Shown: piece by piece, positions 1 to 12,090 of the stretch
Numbering within the stretch: position 1 is the first letter of the stretch
Layout of the letters: each line of letters begins with the position of its first letter
The notes under the pieces: model-generated
What the model saw: the letters and a program-made list of their open reading frames with translations, nothing else
Databases searched by the model: none
What the model was told of the DNA's origin: nothing
Source of the DNA: the human T2T-CHM13v2.0 reference genome, Homo sapiens
Reading direction: 5' to 3' (one strand)
DNA: 64,000 nucleotides
Assembly: GCF_009914755.1 (NCBI RefSeq)
Contig: NC_060942.1
Position numbers and translations under genes: made by a program

Positions 1-2064
1 AAATTTGTTTGACAAATTGTTGTAAGTGTAATTTTCAACCAGAAAGATAAAGTCTTATGTAAGCTATTGGATCAGTCTACATACATTTTTTGCAAGATCT
101 TAATAAAATATTGGCAAGTGTTATTTTTAAATGCATATTCAAAAATATACACTTAACCTTTTGTACTCTTATTTGGGAAAGAACCAATAAGAATACTCTC
201 CTTTTTCTTAAATATATATTTAAAAGTATTCATTACTCTTTTTATGTTTTTTGTCTCCTATGATCCATTGACTTTATTGCTTAAAAATGATTTTTATTAT
301 TGTGTATGATAACTTCTTGTGTTTCTCACAAACTTAAAGGCAATTTTAACACTTTGGGTTTTTTCCCACCAAAAGTTTCTGCAAGCTATTTACATAATAT
401 TCAACCCATATTACTTTGATTATCAAAACAGAACTTGGTCTGTATTGTATTACACATCCTCTTAGCATTAAACAACTCATTTATTATTACTAAGAATTAT
501 CGTCTTTTTGGAATTTCTAGATTCTCATTTTTATATCATAATACTGAGTTGTGTTCTATATAAAAATGTGAAATGGAAGAATTTAGAGGAGAACCATAAA
601 TATTACTTTATGATCAGGACTTCTGTAGAAAGCTAAAGAGTAGCATATTAAAGAGGGGAATGTTAAGATGCCATGGCAATTCTGTTAGCACTTTGTTCAT
701 GGTCCCACAAATGCAGTCCTGTATCACGGCACACACACTCACCAACAGGTTCTCCCTTGTTCCTGTATGTCAGTGCACACAGCCGGAGCCTGCTGTGGGT
801 AAGCCCTGGCATTTTTGACAATCTCTTTGCCATAATTTTGAGTTCCTTTCTGCTACTTTTATTTCCCTCCATAATTGCCTCATTACACCTTTTTTGAGGA
901 ATTATTTTAATTACATACCGACTAATTTTACAATGGATTCATAGGTAACATAGAGATATCCACTAGCTTCTGCAAAGAAAACAGAACTGGTTTAAACAAC
1001 TGAATATAAATTTTAAGTTATTAGCAAATAAACCTTCCACCCCAGAAGTGCTTTTCTTCCAATTCCTTTGGGATTTTACTGGCATCACCTCTTATGTGAT
1101 AGCACGTAATCGCCAGTGGAGGATGAAAATAAGTTTTCCACCTCATCCTGGAAATTTCTTTTCCAGTACTTAATTGATTAAATCACCTGTCTTGTCCTTG
1201 CATTATTCTGGAAATGGGAGAATCAGGGCTGCTGAGTCATAAGGTGTTACTAGAAAATGACAGCTGCTCACATTGGTGGAAACTGGACAGGAGCAGCCTT
1301 CCCTCTGCAATGCAGGCGTTGCCACAACAGCAACAGGGTTCTCTGCTCACTGAGGACAGCGAGAGGCTCCATTTCAGCCTCTGCTTCTCCTCCCCAGGGC
1401 ACTTGTCTACAGAGCACAACCTTCACAATATGTGGGAAGTATGGTTTTTTCTTGTTCTTAATGAGTTTCTATTTTTACAGCCCCATTTTGCCTCATTATA
1501 AATAGGGCCTAAATCCAGCCATGTCCCAAATTAAGGTAAACTTTGCCAGTATGATTCTAGTGATAATTTCCTTTTTTTCTCTTTTTCTTTCATGCCTCCT
1601 CTTCCCTGTAAGTTATTATCAGCAGCTTTAACCTTGGGCCTATGGAGAATTGCATGGAGAAGCTGAGCTGTGATCATCCAGCATACAGTGGGTCTAAATT
1701 GCAACCCCTCCACCCTGAGCCCTACATCTGGATTTATATTTTTGTTTATTTCAAGGGCAAAGAGGCACCAAATTGATCCTAAGTCAATCATGTAAAAATT
1801 ATATGCAGGCCACACAATTACATCTATGATCTTTATATGATTGTTGAAGCCAAAGTTTGAGTTACAAAGAATAATATCCATGATCCTTCACCCTCCACCA
1901 AGGGTTCATGAGGGTTACACAAAGGAAGAGCAGAAGGAATGCACAGAGCAAGAGCAACAGCCATGTGCAAAACCTGAAGCCTGGGAGCTGATGAGAGACG
2001 TTGCATGAAATATTTTGTTGACCTTTGTTTTTTTCTTCCATTGGAAATAGATTCAGCCTGTTTG

Positions 2065-2305
2065 CTAAAAATATGTAATGGTTCAAAAATTCAAACAATA
2101 AAGAGAAGCAAAAAGCAAAATGCGAGGTTAAAAAATATCACATGTGAGACTCTGCTGCCATGAGATGACCACTGTGGACAGCCACGTAGACATTCTTCCA
2201 GAGCTCTCTCTATAATCACACACGTATGTGCTCACATGCATGCCTACACTCACAAACACATGCACACGCACTTACTGAAACGGAGTTACACTGTACATGC
2301 ACAGT
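2065..2305 (-). mobile_element. Ancient L1ME-type 3' fragment
   Basis: Degenerate resemblance to the reverse complement of an L1ME 3' end (accactgtggacagccacgtagacattcttccaga). Boundaries approximate. Confidence 0.35.
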
Positions 2306-3859
2306 ACATGGACACAACTTTAGGTTTTCATGTCAATAAGTACCTAACTCCTTGTGTTGCATAATTAACATATTTACAGGTTTTTTAAATGAAGAGTATT
2401 GATCTGTCTATTCTTATGTCATTATTATGCTATTTTAATCACTAAAGTTTTACAACCTATTTTAATAACCTCATTTTTTTCAAGGCTCTGGGTTTTATTA
2501 ATTCTGAGGACATATATGGCATAATTTTATGTAAAACATCTACTTCATTTGCAATAATCTTAGATCCCTACAAGTTGCACGTGGGAGCTAAGCATATTCT
2601 TCAGAAAATGGATCTGTTCCTCTTTTGTCAATATAGTATTTCCAATCATTCTTCCTCTATAGACTTCAGAATTGATCATTGCATTTTCTCTCTTTTCTAA
2701 GTTTCTGTAAAACCTGTAATAATACAAGATGAATAAAATGGTAAGCAAACAACAAAAATAATCAAACCAAACTAAAATAATGAAAACAAAATATGACTGT
2801 ATTGTTACAAGCTATCATGAATCAATAGTTTTCTTTTACTTCGTTGCAAGAGCTATCACCTACTTTGATGATATTTTGTATTCATTAGTTTAGGAGTGGA
2901 TTGTATTCCAAAAATAAAAAGCCCAAAGTGATCAATACAGTTGTATTGTAAATAACTTACCAAAGCTTATAAAATTACATAAAGTCAGGGAGAGAACACT
3001 TTTATCAAATGTTTTAAGAATTGAAAGTGAGCCACACCATGTACTTTTCTGCCCTTTTAACAGAATGTAACATTGAGACGTACAAAGGGATTCTATTTTA
3101 AGCATAGACACATTTTGGTATAAGAGATTTATTTAAAAATAAATTTGTGTCTATGGGGCTCAAGGATATCTGCTCTATTACAAAAGTTGGAATACCTCCC
3201 AAACCAAAGAAGAGATATTTCACTCCTCTGTGGAAACCAGACTTGGACGTTTCCTTTCACTATTGATACTGGAAACTGACTGGGGCCATGCTCATATCTG
3301 GGATGTAGTGAGGATGTGAGGGGCTGAGAGCTCACATGCTTCTTCTCCTAATCTCCTTGTTCAGTTCTGACTTTGATCCTGAGCTGAGCACACACAGGAG
3401 ACATGATGAAAATTCCCAAGGTGCAATTGAATCCTGTGGATTTCCTATGAATGTCAGAGGATTCATATTCTTTTAATACGAATCCTGTGGATGAATGTCT
3501 GAGCCCTTTAAGATTATCAGACAACCTAGGGTAAAAGAGACTTATGTAAAACTTCATGTGGATCCTGAAGGCATTTTTCAGGAGTTAAATTAGAATTGAG
3601 GAATATATGGTCAGTCCGAATTCCCATTCTCACTGGTTGCATCTGTTGCATTCTGCTTTAAAATCACAAAGGGGAGTAAAATTAAAGAAACTGTGCAAAT
3701 ATGGAGACAAGTACTCCCATCTTGCTGTCTTCTACATTCTTCCTGCAAAACCCAGCTCACATTCTGATCTGCCTCAAAAACTTCCCTATGACACCATCTC
3801 TCTAATTTTAAAGTTTCTACCCTAATTACTGTCAATATGACAGAGTTTGTCCAAATCTG

Positions 3860-4010
3860 TTTTCCAATTGTTTTAAGTACATTGATTTTATTGCCCCACC
3901 TGGACTATAAACTTTTAAAGTCTGCAACTATGAATTTTTTTTTAATTGCCCATAATGCTCAGTGTAGCACTACGCAAACAGAGGGCCTTAATATATACTC
4001 ATTAATTGAA
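3860..4010 (+). mobile_element. L2 LINE 3' end fragment
   Basis: ccccacctggactataaactttt...gctcagtgtagcac...ccttaatatatactcattaattgaa resembles the L2 3' terminus. Confidence 0.45.
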
Positions 4011-4439
4011 AGATGTGTAGAAACTCCAAGTGTTTATACTTAATGGATACTGGAAGTTTCCAATCATCAGGAGAAAAAAATCCCAGAAATAACTAGAATC
4101 AGTTGATTGTGACCAATAAATTAAAATCGGTGCCCAAGACAAATTAATTGATCAATGATGAATTTCTTAGGAAATGCTGTAGCCAGTGGACTCTGTTAGA
4201 CCTAATTATAAACTGGACTGGTTACTTCTCCTACAGTACTTCTGTCTTCACACTGAGAGTTGCTGCCATTTTTTGGACCCAAATATAACTGTCAGGCCAC
4301 ATTGAGATTGTAGGTGAGATTGGAGAATTTGTGTTTAGAATGACCCCTATTAAAATGTTAGATTTCTTCCAATAGTCAACAGCCCTATTATAAGAACAGA
4401 TAAAGTGGATGTCTGAATTGATCCAAATTTTTTTATGGG

Positions 4440-7405
4440 AAAAAGAAAGAAATCAAAGCTTAGCACTATAGAAAACTACCAAACCAAAAAGTAAACAATA
4501 AGAGAGGAAGAAAGGAACACAATATATACACAACAACAGAAAACAATTCATAAAAAGCTAGAAGTAAGTGGTTATCTATCAATAATAACCATGCATGTAA
4601 AAGGATTAAATTATCCAATTAAAGGATACACAATGGCTGAATAGATTTATTCTAAAAAAAGACTTAACTATATGCTCCTTACAAGAGACATACTTCACCT
4701 GTAGAAGCACACATAGACTGAATGGGATAGAAAAGGATATTCCATGAAAATGAAAACCAAAAAAGAACAGAAACAGCTATAGTTATAATCACTTAAAATA
4801 GCCTTTAAGTTAAAAACTGTAAAAAGAGACAAAGAAGATCATAATATAGTGATGAGATCAATTTAGCAAGAGGATATATCAATTGTAAACATATATGCAC
4901 CCAACACAAGAGCACCCAAATATATAAAGCAAATATTATTAGATCTAAAGGGAGAGTCGGAGTGCAATACAATAATAGTAGGAAACTTCAATACCACCCT
5001 TCAACACCACCCTTTCAGCAATAAACAAATCATCTCCAGACTAAAAATCAGCAAAGGAACATCAGATTTAAACTAACTTTCAGACTAAATGGGCCTAACA
5101 GACATTTACAAGACATTGCATTTATCAGTTACAGAATTCACATTCTTTTCAACTGCACATGGAACATTCTATAGCATAGATCATATATTAGGCTACAAAA
5201 TAAGTCTTTGAAGACTTAAGAAGATTGAAATCATTATCAAGTATCTTTTCTGACTATAATGGTATAAAATGAGAAATCAATAACAGAAGGGACTTTGGAA
5301 ACTTTACAAATACATGGAAATCAAAAACTATGTTCCTGAATAACCAATGGGGCATGAAGACATTAAAATAAAAATTAAAAATGTTATTGAGATAAATGAA
5401 AATGGAAACACAACATACCAAAACCAATGGGATACAATGAAAGCAGTTCTAAGAGAAAAATTTATAGCAATAAATGCCTACATCAAAAAAGGAGAAAGAT
5501 CCAGTAAATGATCCAACATTGCACCTCAAGGCATTAGAAATATAAGAGCAAACTCAACCTAAAATTAGAAGGAAGGAAATAAAAAAGATCACAGCAGAAA
5601 TGAATGAAAGAGACTAGAAAAGCAGTACAAAACGTCAACAAAACAAGAGTTTGTTTTTTGGGAAGATAAATAAAGTTGACAAACCTGTCGCCTGACTAAG
5701 CAAAAAGAGAGAGGACTCAAATAAGTAAAATGAGATGAAGAAGGAGACTTTACAACTGCTACCACGGGAATATAAAGGATCATCAGAGACTATCATGAAC
5801 AATTTAAGTCAACAAATTGGATAAGTTAGAAGACATAGATAAATTCCTGGGCACATATAGTCTACAAAGATTGAAGCATGAAGAAATAGAAAGCCTGAAC
5901 AGACCAAAAATGAGTGAGAAAATTGAATCAATAATAAGAAGTCTTCCATCAGAGGAAAATCCAGGAACTGATGGCTTCATTATTGAATTTTACCAAACAT
6001 TTAAAGAAAAACTACTATCAATTTTTCTCAAACTATTTTGAAAAATTGAAGAGGAGGGAATTTTTCCTAAACCATACTATAAGACCAGCATTATATGGAT
6101 AGTAAAACAAGTCAAGGACAACACACAAAAAGGAAACTGCAAACCAATATTCCTCATGAACATAAATGCAAAAATCATTAATACGGTATTAGCAAACCAC
6201 ATTCAATAGCACATTAGTGAGAGCATTCACCATGATAAAGTAGGATTCATCCCAGGAATTCATGAATGATTCAACATATGCAAGTCAATAGGCATGATAC
6301 ATCACGTTAACAGAATGAAGGACAAAAACCATATGATTATTTCAATAGCTGCAGAAAAAAACTTTTGACAAAATCTAACATCTCTTAATGACAAAAATCT
6401 CAACAAATTAGGTATAGAAGGAATGTAACCCAACATAATACAGGTCTTTAACACAAAACCACACCTAACATACTGAATGGGGAAAAGTTGAAAACATTTT
6501 TCAAAAGATCTGGAACAACACAAGGATATTTATTTTACCACTTCTATTCAATACAGTACTGAAAGTCCTAGCCAGAGCAATTACACAAAGAAAGAAATAG
6601 AAAGCATCCAAATTAGAAAGGAAGAAGTTAAATTGTCCCTGTTTGCAGATGACATAATCTTATGTAAAGAAAAGCCTATAGACTTCGCTAAAAACCTTTT
6701 AGATCTAATAAACAAATTCAGTAATGTTGCAGGGTACAAAATAAATATACAAAAATCTGCAGTGTTTCTATACACCAACAGCAAACTATCTGAAAAAGAA
6801 ATCAAGAAAACAATCCCACTCATAGTATCTACCAAAAATATTCAAATACTTAGGAGTAAATTTAATGAATGAGGTTATAGATCTCTATGGTGAAAACTAT
6901 AGAACATTTATGAAAGAAATTGAAGAAGGCACTAATAAATTGAAAGACATGTTGTGTTCATGGATTGAAAAACATGAATTTTTTTAAAAAGTACCTACTA
7001 CCCAAAGCAATCTACAAATTCAATGCAATTCTTATCAAAATATTAATGACATTCTTCACAGAAATAAAAAAAGAATTTCTAAAATTTGTATGCAACCATA
7101 AAAAAACCCTGAATAGTCAAGGCAATCTTGAGCAAAAAGATACTATTTAGCCATAAAAAATAAAATCCTGTCATTTGAGACACCATGGATGAAACTAGAG
7201 ATCATTATGTTAAGTGAAATAAGCCAGGCACAGAAAGATAAATATGACATGATCTCCCTCTTCTGTGAAAGGAAATGAGTTCTCATTTCTCTCCTGTGAG
7301 TTCAAAAAGTTGAACTCATAACGTGGAAAGTAGAATGGTGGTTCCTGGAGGCTGGGTGGCTATGGAGGAAAAGAGATGGGGAGACATTGGTCAAAGGATA
7401 CATTA
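4440..7405 (+). mobile_element. Old L1 (L1M/L1MA class): decayed ORF2 endonuclease and RT, internal deletion at about 7140, then partial 3' UTR
   Basis: The ORF2 start region reads tatctatcaataataacc...aaaggattaaattatccaattaaagg. ORF fragments 5817-6041 (DKLEDIDKFLGTYSLQRLKHEEIESLNRP) and 6633-6872 ([10 protein letters not shown] motif, GYKINIQKS) are L1 ORF2-like, with many stops and frameshifts. An L1MA-like 3' UTR runs 7200-7405. Confidence 0.92.
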
Positions 7406-7431
7406 GAGAGGAGGAGAAGAAAAGTACAGAG

Positions 7432-7700
7432 TAAGTAAATATAGAGAGACACAAAGTAGATAAGTGATTGCAGTGATTGCCTGGGGTTGGGGGTGGCAGA
7501 AGGAGAGGGTCAGGGGCAGAAACTGGGATGAGTGCTAATTGTTTCTCTCTTGGATGATGGAAATGCTCTAAAATTGATTGCGGTGATGGTTGTACAACTC
7601 TGTGAACATACGAAAAAGCAGTGGATTATATATGCTTTAAATGGGTGAATTGTATGATATGTGAATTATATCTCAATAAAGCTGTTTAATAAATCAATAA
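7432..7700 (+). mobile_element. L1MB/L1ME-class 3' UTR end
   Basis: gatgatggaaatgctctaaaattgattgcggtgatggttgtacaactctgtgaa...gtgaattatatctcaataaagctgttt is a typical old L1M 3' terminus. Confidence 0.8.
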
Positions 7701-7815
7701 ATAAAATTGGGTTTTTGCCTGTCTGTTTTCTTTTGAAAGTTGTGATTAATGGACAGAGAGACAAGAGGCTTGTGCCTACAAGTAAAACATGGTTAAAAAG
7801 ACAAACTGCATATAT

Positions 7816-8998
7816 GGAAGGGGCCCAGTTTCAGTTTTCTGTGTAACTCAAGATGAATTAAAGACTTAAACGTAGGCCCTAAAGCCAAAAAAGCCCTAGA
7901 AGAAAACCTAAAAAATACCATTCAGGACATAGGCATGGTCAAAGACCTCATGACTAAAACACCAAATGCAATGGCAACAAAAGCCAAAATTGACAAATGG
8001 GATATAATTATATTAAAGAGCTTCTGCACAGCAAAAGAAACTACCATCAGAGTGAGCAGGCAACCTACAGAATGGGAGAAAATTTTTGAAATCGATCCAT
8101 CTGACAAAAGGCTAATATCCAGAATCTACAAAGAACTTAAATTTACAAGAAAAAAAAAACAAACAACCCCATCACACAGTGGGCAAAGGATATGAATAGG
8201 CACTTCTCAAAAGAAGACGTTTATGCAGCCAAAAAACATGAAGAAAAGCTCATCATCATGGGTCATTAGAGAAATGCAAATCAAAACCGCAATGGGATAC
8301 CATCTCATGCCAGTTAGAATGGTGATCATTAAAAAGTCAGGAAACAACAGATGCTGGAGAGGATGTGGAGAAATAGGAGCACTTTTACACTGTTGGTGGG
8401 AGTGTGAATTAGTTCAACCATTGTGGAAGACAGTGTGGTGATTCCTCAAGGATCTAGAACCAGAAATACCATTTGACCCAGCAATCCCTTTACTAGATAT
8501 ATACCCAAAGGATTATAAATCATTCTGCCATAAAGACACATGCACACATATGTTTATTGCAGCACCGTTCACAATAGAAAAAACTTGAAACCAACCCAAA
8601 TGCCCATCAGTGATAGACTGGATAAAGAAAATGTGGCACATATACACCATGGAATACTATGCAGCCATAAAAAATGAGTTCATGTCCTTTGCAGGGACAT
8701 GGATGAAGCTGGAAACCATCATTCTCAGCAAACTAACATAGAAGCAGAAAACCAAACACTGCATGTTCTCACTCATAAGTGGGAGTTGAACAATGAGAAC
8801 ACATGGACACAGGGAGGGGAACATCACACACAAGGGCCTGTCAGGGGGTGGGGGGCTAGAGAAGGGATAGCATTAGGAGAAATACCTAATGTAGATGACG
8901 GGTTGATGGGTGCAGCAAACCATCATGGCATATGTATACCTATGTAACAAACCTGCAAGTTCTGCATATGTATCCCAGAACTTCAAGTATAAAAAAAG
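7816..8998 (+). mobile_element. Primate L1PA (L1PA7/8-like), 5'-truncated, with a short 5' inverted segment
   Basis: ORF2 C-terminal fragments ([16 protein letters not shown]; [19 protein letters not shown]) are followed by the primate 3' UTR gggatagcattaggagaaatacctaatgtagatgacgggttgatgggtgcagcaaac and an A tail. 7816-7843 is the reverse complement of adjacent upstream L1 sequence. Confidence 0.95.
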
Positions 8999-9076
8999 AG
9001 AAAAGGATATACAGTATTTAAAAAAAGGATACAATCCCTTAAACTGAATAGCTTTTTCAAAAAGAGTAAATTTTAT

Positions 9077-9407
9077 TGTATGTGTGTGTATATATATATG
9101 ACATATATGTGTGTGTATGTATGTGTGTGTGTATATATGACATATGTGTGTATATATGACATATATGTGTGTATGTATGTTTGTATGTGTATATATGACA
9201 TATATGTGTGTATATATGTCGTATATGTGTATATATGACATATGTGTGTATGTATGTGTGTATGTGTGTATATATGACATATATGTGTGTATGTGACATA
9301 TGTGTGTATGTGTGCGTGTATATGACATATATGTGTGTGTATATGACATATATGTGTGTGTATGTGTATATATATGACATATATGTGTGTGTGTATATAT
9401 ATATGAC

Positions 9408-9439
<32 letters not shown>

Positions 9440-9460
9440 TTGTGTGTGTATATATATATG
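9077..9460. repeat. Compound TA/TG minisatellite with a recurring TATATGACATAT core
   Basis: Eleven TGACA-containing units lie within alternating TA/TG runs and end in a pure (TG)n tract. Confidence 0.95.
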
Positions 9461-9469
9461 CTTTGTGGA

Positions 9470-9760
9470 GGCTCCATAGGCGAGAGGATGAGGAAAGAAT
9501 GGTAATCAAAGAAGTGGAGGTTTTAGAGATGTTAAGAAAAAGTGAAGTCAGAGCAAATGCTCTAAAAGGAGAAAAGGTTGTGGTCAGTGGGTGGGACATT
9601 TGGATTTAGGCTTTCAGGGATGGAGTTGGTCTGGGTGAGGACGTGATCCGAATGCGGCAATAGAGCCGCAGCTGACGGAGGCAGCTGACGGAGTTCTTGG
9701 GGTGGAGATCCTGACCTGGAGTGGAAGTGTTCCTCTAGTGGGGGACAGAGGGTGGTGACA
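9470..9760 (-). mobile_element. L2 internal (ORF) fragment
   Basis: Purine-rich aaggttgtggtcagtgggtgggacatttggattt... resembles antisense L2 ORF sequence. Confidence 0.45.
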
Positions 9761-12000
9761 GCAGTGTGCCTCTCTCATGCAAAACATTCTCCCTGCCATC
9801 CCCAGGCTCCTGAAATCTGATTCTGTACTCGCAACTGGCTGGAGGTCTACTTGTGGTCCAGATTCAGAACCTCTTGATCTGCTGACATATGACCCGCAAA
9901 GACTAGGTACTTGCGGCCCCTCCCTTGCCATTCCAAAAAAAAAAAGGTGGAAGAGGGATAAGATATGCGTAATAAACACTCCCATAGGTAAAGGAGAGGG
10001 ATGGTCTTTAGTAAATCAGTAAATCTTAGCTTAGCTCACTATTTGAGAGAGATTCTTGAACACTCAAAATTCATTTTCAGACTCCAAATTCTTTCAGATA
10101 TTTCAAGCTAAAATATTGCTGCTGAAAACTTCCTTACCCTCTTGTGAAGTCTTGCACTTAAAGATTTTTTTTTTTTTTTGGCAATTGTATTTGATGATTA
10201 CAAAGCAAATAATTGGTCCATTGTGACTAGGAGAAGTCAGCTGATAGTGTGACTATCCCGGTGGTCTTTTCCCCCAGAGAAACCTATTTGTTTGTCAGTA
10301 TCTATTTGTTTTTATAATGCTAGAAACATGCACACACACACTTTTTCATAATCTTTGATATAAAAGAATTTTGTTATGATACAGAAGTTACCAATGTAGC
10401 TATAAAATGTGTTTTAGGAGGAATCTTTATGATTGAGTTTAAACAGTTCACCTTCCACTGACTCTTGGGATGACCCTTGCCTGTCATTGACTTTTTGGTG
10501 GTGGAACAGTCATTGCTCAGGAGAAAACAAAATCCATGGGGTCAGTGAAGAGGCAGAGCCCTGGGTCCTGGGGAGAGGGCACAGTCTCTATCCCGGCCCC
10601 CCTGTGTCCTTCTCCCTGTTTTCCTTTGCGTATCTCACTCCCAGCACCTCTGCATGTCTGCATGTAGAGAGGGTTTGCGCTGAAGCTCAGAGTAAAAGGT
10701 CATTAGAGAGAATGGAAAAAAAATCTGCTACAGCAAATTTTGTTCTTTTAAGATTTGTTTATCTCAAATTTCTGATTTGGTAGTAAGTTTTGGCAAAGTT
10801 TAGAAGGTCTTCCTTGGTAAATGTGTTTTAATCTCTCCTGGAAACTGGAAACTCATAAAGATTGTGTTGAAGTTCTGAAGAAGGGAAGACTTCTCCCTGT
10901 TTGATCTGGTGGAAGGTAACTATGAAGAGTTGACATAAACAGTCGACAGTGACCAGGACTAACAGTAGCTTTGGAGTGAGGATAGGTATTTGTTTTGTCT
11001 GGTTAGAATTTCCCTCTACAATGCATATTGGAGACAGGTCTGGTGAGAGAGGCTGAAGGAGGAACTTTTGGGTGATGAGCCTGAAGGCTCTAAGTTGATA
11101 AAAGAACCCCATGAATCAACACAACAAAAATTGTTCCCTGGAAGCTGCAATGTGCCCTTGGAGATTAACAGCAGAGCTGAGGTTTACAAACAGGGTAATG
11201 AAAGTTGCTAAACGGTACAGCTCCCTTAGATCCCACCCTAGTGGTGAAATAATTGGGCCCAAAAGTGCTAGGGGAAGGGAATGAGGTTTTGGTGGTTTAC
11301 AGGGAATGTGGGCTTTCTAGCCATGAAACATAATCCTAATTGGAAGAATTGTATTGGAAGTTGGCCATGTTGCAAAGAGCAGGATGCTTAAGAAAGTGAG
11401 CACTTTTTAACAGTACTGTCTACAAATGGCTTACTTTCAAGGGGAATAAAAATTAGTAATAGACCCCATCTCTCGAAAGCAGCAACATGTCATTTTCAGA
11501 CAGGGATCTTTAAAAAGCAACGGTCTGTTTTTCCTTTTCCCTCCAATAAAAACTTCTGTCCTAAAAAGGTTTTCTCAAAACTTATCTGCTTATGCTGTTT
11601 GGGAACTTTCTTCTGCCCAGCTCCTCCTTGGCTCCTGGTTGGTTCCTGGTGGGAAGAAAAAACAGTGGATAAACAGCCATGTCCCAACCTAGATATAGCA
11701 GGTGGAATGAACTTGTTTCCCGACTCAGAGCTAGTGTTCTTGGCTTCTTTCCTCACTCTGTTACCTCACTCTTATTCCTGACTCCAGGTTGTTCAGTGTG
11801 CTGAACAACCTCAGTGATACTTATATGGATTACATGTTTATGATATTTCCTATTGCTGTTCAGTCTGCAACCTGCACAACTGTACTATGACAGTCCTGGG
11901 AGGCAAATTTAGGAATTTCCCAACTCTATCAACTGTCCAGAAATAAAACTTCCCTGAAAAAAAAGGTTTCATTAAGAAAATTTCAATTATAAAATATATA

Positions 12001-12090
12001 CATTTACCCATTCTTTAAGTAAATATTTATTAAGCGGGCCTACTTTTGGCCAAGTGAGTTTAAAGCTCTGGAAAGAGAGGTGAACTAAAT
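12001..12090 (-). mobile_element. L2 3' end fragment
   Basis: catttacccattc...aaatatttattaagcgggcctac...ggccaag resembles the antisense L2 tail. Confidence 0.4.

Noticed and set aside
663-897. Overlapping short ORFs (69 and 74 aa) and a TGG|GTAAGC donor-like site
   Set aside because: No recognisable protein family and no convincing upstream acceptor; compatible with chance.
5817-8441. ORFs with reverse-transcriptase and L1 ORF2 motifs
   Set aside because: These are fragments of dead L1 copies, broken by stops, frameshifts and deletions. They are not host genes or an active element.
8873-9609. Long His/Thr/Tyr-rich ORFs (133-180 aa) and a CRISPR-like periodic look
   Set aside because: Artefacts of the TA/TG minisatellite; there are no unique spacers and the context is eukaryotic.
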